From NCBI GenBank assembly GCA_963822585.1, contig CAWGIE010000019.1, positions 352,001-416,000 on the forward strand: DNA of 64,000 nucleotides, in the 5' to 3' direction. The position numbers and the translations under genes are program-made. Under the pieces are notes generated by a model that did no database searches, was not told the origin of the DNA, and worked only from the letters and a program-made list of their open reading frames with translations. The DNA is from an uncultured bacterium (lineage in GTDB: Bacteria > Auribacterota > Erginobacteria > Erginobacterales > Erginobacteraceae). Every line of letters starts with the position of its first letter. The stretch's first letter is position 1. This document shows, in pieces, positions 60,638-64,000 of this stretch.

Positions 60638-61834
60638 ATGGATAACATACCCCCCAAAAAAGCCGGCAATCCGTCGGCAATAAAAGTGCTGCTGCTCTCT
60701 CTGCTGGTGTTGATTATTGCCGCGGGGATAGCGGTCTGGTTGATTAAGACTACCCCCCATCCGGATGTTCGGCCGCGCCGGGAGCAGGCAGCCCTGATTG
60801 AGGTCAGCCAGCTGCAGGTCAGTGATGAAGCAGTTGTCATCGAATCCTCGGGTACGGTTATCCCGGCCAGCCAGGTTGATCTTCAGGCACAGGTCGCCGG
60901 TCAGGTGGTCATGATTAACCCCTCGTTCATCCCCGGGGGACGGCTCACAGCCGGGGAAGAGGTAATCAAGATCGAGCCGGAGGATTATGAACTGGCCCTA
61001 AAAAAGCAGCAAGCGGAAGTAACCCGAAAAGAGCAGGAATACCTGATGGAGTCGGGACGACAGGATATCGCCCGACATGAATGGTCGCTCTTAAATGACC
61101 AGACGGAAGCAACCGAATTGGACCGCGATCTCGCCCTCCGGCTGCCTCAGCTGAAGCAGGCCGAGGCAGATCTATCCTCGGCCCGCGCTTCCCTCCGCCA
61201 GGCTGAATTGGATCTGTCCCGGACATCAGTTACCGCGCCGTTCAACTCGGTAGTAATCAGCAAGGATGTTGAACTGGGAGATCAGATTACATCCTCGACT
61301 GTTATCGGCAGTCTGGCCGGGACCGATGAGTTCTGGGTCCGTCTGACCCTTCCGGTCTCGGATCTGACCTGGTTTTCCGCCGGACCGGATAAGGAGGGAT
61401 CCCGGGTGATTTTGACACCGACCGGTTCGAATAAAGAAAAGATCAGCTGGGAAGGCCGGGTCATCAGAAAACAAGCCGATCTCGATGAGAAAGGGAGGCT
61501 GGCTCAGATCATCGTCTCGGTTCCCCGGCCCCTCGACAATCCCGATCAACCCCTGCTTCTGGGTATGTACGTTACCGCGAAAATCCAGGGCAAATCCGTT
61601 CCCGGGGTATTCTCCATCCCCCGAACCGCTCTTCGGGGATCGAATGAAGTCTGGCTGGTTAATCCGGATAACCGCCTGGAACTCCACCCGGTAGAGATAG
61701 TCTGGTCCGGACCGGACCGGGTTCTGGTCCGCGACGGCCTGGAGGCCGGGGGAAGCCTGGTCATCAGTGATCTGGCAACACCGGTGGAAGGAATGCTGCT
61801 TAAGGTAGTCTCCGGCGGCGGTGAGGATAGATAG
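60638..61834 (+). CDS. RND efflux periplasmic adaptor subunit
   Basis: N-terminal TM; QVAGQV, VTAPFN and LLLGMYV motifs; alternative start at 60626. Confidence 0.92.
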   Translation: MDNIPPKKAGNPSAIKVLLLSLLVLIIAAGIAVWLIKTTPHPDVRPRREQAALIEVSQLQVSDEAVVIESSGTVIPASQVDLQAQVAGQVVMINPSFIPGGRLTAGEEVIKIEPEDYELALKKQQAEVTRKEQEYLMESGRQDIARHEWSLLNDQTEATELDRDLALRLPQLKQAEADLSSARASLRQAELDLSRTSVTAPFNSVVISKDVELGDQITSSTVIGSLAGTDEFWVRLTLPVSDLTWFSAGPDKEGSRVILTPTGSNKEKISWEGRVIRKQADLDEKGRLAQIIVSVPRPLDNPDQPLLLGMYVTAKIQGKSVPGVFSIPRTALRGSNEVWLVNPDNRLELHPVEIVWSGPDRVLVRDGLEAGGSLVISDLATPVEGMLLKVVSGGGEDR

Positions 61835-64000
61835 TGAACGGTTCTCCACAGCCTGACGACCGCAAAGGGCCGATCGCCTGGATGGTCCGCCACCGGGTCG
61901 CTTCCAACCTGTTGATGCTCACCCTCCTGGGTGGCGGCCTGATCAGCGCTCTCTCGATCAAACAGGAGGTCTTCCCCGATTTCGATATGGACAGGGTGAA
62001 CATCAGTGTCTCCTATCCGGGAGCCAGCCCCGAGGAGATCGAACAGGGGATCATCCTCTCGGTCGAAGAGGCCGTGCGGGGACTGGAAGGGGTGGAAGAG
62101 GTCAGCTCGACCGCCCGGGAAGGAAACGGGACGATCAGTGTCGAACTTTTAGCCGGGGCAAACCAGCAGAAGACCTACCAGGAAATTCAGCAGGAAGTGG
62201 CTCGGATTACCACCTTCCCGGAGGAGGCAGAAGAGCCGAGTGTGGTTTTGGTATCTCATAAACACGGTGTGATCGATCTGGTGCTCCAGGGCAATCTCCC
62301 CGAAACCACTCTCCGGGAATTGGCCGAGGCCACCCGAGACCGCCTCCTCCAGTCCCCGGATATCACCCAGGTTGAGCTGAGCGGAGTCAGGAATTATGAG
62401 ATAGCGATCTCGGTTAGCCGCGACCGGCTCCGCGAGTATAACCTGACCATTCCCGAAATAGCCGCCAAGGTGAGAGCCTCCGCCCTGGATTTAGCCGGCG
62501 GCGGTCTTAAGACCGAGGGGGGCGAGATCCTGGTCCGGTTTCAGGATCGCCGGGATTATGGAAAAGAGTTCGCGGATATCCCGATCATCGCGAGCGAGGC
62601 GGGGGGACAGGTCCTGCTGGGAGATATCGCCGAGATCACCGACGGATTCGAGGATACCGACCGGTTCGCGACCTACAACGGGGAGCCCTGTATTCTTATC
62701 GATGTTTACCGGGTCGGCGATCAGACCCCGATCCAGGTGGCCGACGCGGCCCGACAGGCAATAACGGAACTGAATGAATCTTATCCCCCGGGGGTCGCGA
62801 TCAGTGTTCTCAGGGATCGTTCCGATATCTACCGCCAGCGGGCCCGCCTCCTCCTTATAAACGGATTCACCGGACTGTCCCTGGTTCTGATCCTCCTCGG
62901 CCTCTTTCTCCAGCCCCGGTTAGCCTTCTGGGTGATGATGGGGATTCCGATATCTTTTCTCGGAGCCTTCCTCTTTCTCCCCCGGGTGGATGTTTCCATC
63001 AATATGATCTCGATGTTCGCCTTTATCATCGCCCTGGGGATTGTTGTCGATGACGCCATTGTGGTGGCGGAAAATATCCACGGGTATCTCAAGCGGGGCT
63101 TCACCCCGGTTCGGGCGGCCATCATCGGCACGAAGGAAATGACCACGCCGGTTATCTACAGCGTCCTGACCAATATCGTGGCCTTCTGCCCGCTTCTCTT
63201 TGTGCCCGGCGTGATCGGCAAGATCTGGAAAGTGATTCCGATAGTAGTCATCTCGGTATTCAGTATCTCCCTGATCGAATGCCTCCTGGTACTTCCCTCC
63301 CATCTCTCCCATAAGGGTCTGTTGGGAAAAATCCTGGCCCCGCTTACCCGGCGCCAGGAAGTCTTCAGTTCCTGGTTCTACCAGCTGATCCAAGCGCGCT
63401 ACGCTCCCTTTCTGACCCGGGTCCTCAAGTTCCGTTATCTGGTTGTGGCGGGGGCGATCGCGATCCTGATCCTGGTAGTCGGTTACGTCGCCGGAAAAAG
63501 GATCGGAACCGAACTGATGCCCCGGGTCGAGTCGGATTATTCCATAGTAACCGCGGTCCTTCCCTACGGTTCACCGGTGGAGAGGACCATGAAGATCAGG
63601 GACCGGCTGGTTGCGGCAGGCCAGGCCGTAGCCCGGGAACACGGCGGGGATAAACTTCTTACCGGGATTTACGCTGAGGTGGGCCAGGACTATAACGGGA
63701 TTTCGGGAGGGCATGTCGTCGAGGTCAGGTGCTATTTGACCGATGCCGATATTCGCCCGATCGGGACCCACGAATTCACCAGTCTCTGGCGAGAGGCGGC
63801 GGGAAAGATGCCGGGACTTCAAGCGCTGGTCTTTGAATCCGACCGGGGCGGCCCGGGAGGTGGCCGGGGCATAACCCTGGAGCTCTCCCATGCCGACACC
63901 GGTATTTTAGATCGGGCCGGAACCGAACTGGCCGAAGCCCTGGCTCTCTTCCCGGCGGTCAGCGATATTGACGATGGTTTCGCCGATGGGAAAGTCCAGC
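61834..64000 (+). CDS. RND efflux permease (AcrB/AcrD/AcrF family), truncated by the window end
   Basis: GTG overlapping the upstream stop; manual translation IAWMVRHRVASNLLM...QEVFP...YPGASPEEIE...LGIVVDDAIVVAENI; absent from the ORF track because no stop falls in the window. Confidence 0.93.
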   Translation, partial: MNGSPQPDDRKGPIAWMVRHRVASNLLMLTLLGGGLISALSIKQEVFPDFDMDRVNISVSYPGASPEEIEQGIILSVEEAVRGLEGVEEVSSTAREGNGTISVELLAGANQQKTYQEIQQEVARITTFPEEAEEPSVVLVSHKHGVIDLVLQGNLPETTLRELAEATRDRLLQSPDITQVELSGVRNYEIAISVSRDRLREYNLTIPEIAAKVRASALDLAGGGLKTEGGEILVRFQDRRDYGKEFADIPIIASEAGGQVLLGDIAEITDGFEDTDRFATYNGEPCILIDVYRVGDQTPIQVADAARQAITELNESYPPGVAISVLRDRSDIYRQRARLLLINGFTGLSLVLILLGLFLQPRLAFWVMMGIPISFLGAFLFLPRVDVSINMISMFAFIIALGIVVDDAIVVAENIHGYLKRGFTPVRAAIIGTKEMTTPVIYSVLTNIVAFCPLLFVPGVIGKIWKVIPIVVISVFSISLIECLLVLPSHLSHKGLLGKILAPLTRRQEVFSSWFYQLIQARYAPFLTRVLKFRYLVVAGAIAILILVVGYVAGKRIGTELMPRVESDYSIVTAVLPYGSPVERTMKIRDRLVAAGQAVAREHGGDKLLTGIYAEVGQDYNGISGGHVVEVRCYLTDADIRPIGTHEFTSLWREAAGKMPGLQALVFESDRGGPGGGRGITLELSHADTGILDRAGTELAEALALFPAVSDIDDGFADGKVQ

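Overview
GC-rich bacterial chromosomal region. Many isolated 1-bp frameshifts and C-depleted tracts suggest an imperfectly polished long-read assembly. No rRNA, tRNA, CRISPR array or intact transposase/integrase was seen. In order, the window holds: (1) an ArsR / DUF302-like / MMPL-RND / LolA-like / outer-membrane barrel operon interrupted by a repeat-flanked four-helix-bundle gene; (2) a decayed low-GC XRE-ImmA/IrrE + PIN pair; (3) a sigma54 promoter with a 29-aa membrane peptide ORF; (4) an array of 11 exactly 18-bp-phased palindromic boxes directly upstream of a TetR-led operon (SpeD-like pyruvoyl decarboxylase, GNAT, ATP-grasp ligase, fold-III PLP decarboxylase), the strongest candidate here for an undescribed system; (5) a Moco/Tuco riboswitch with tupABC; (6) a flavin oxidoreductase whose 3' end recurs 8 kb downstream; (7) two GT-C glycosyltransferases; (8) a sigma54 two-component system next to a sigma54-driven secreted phospholipase D; (9) an NCS2 permease with a stand-alone Cache protein, a serpin, corA and mscS; (10) a speB / speY-like / pdaD polyamine locus; (11) secreted proteins sharing a six-repeat FG-GAP-like C-terminal module ending in PVTR, plus orphan fragments of it; (12) two efflux loci. 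The repeat style resembles what I associate with Candidatus Auribacterota-like (PVC-related) genomes; this is unverified. All family calls come from reading motifs by eye, not from database searches.
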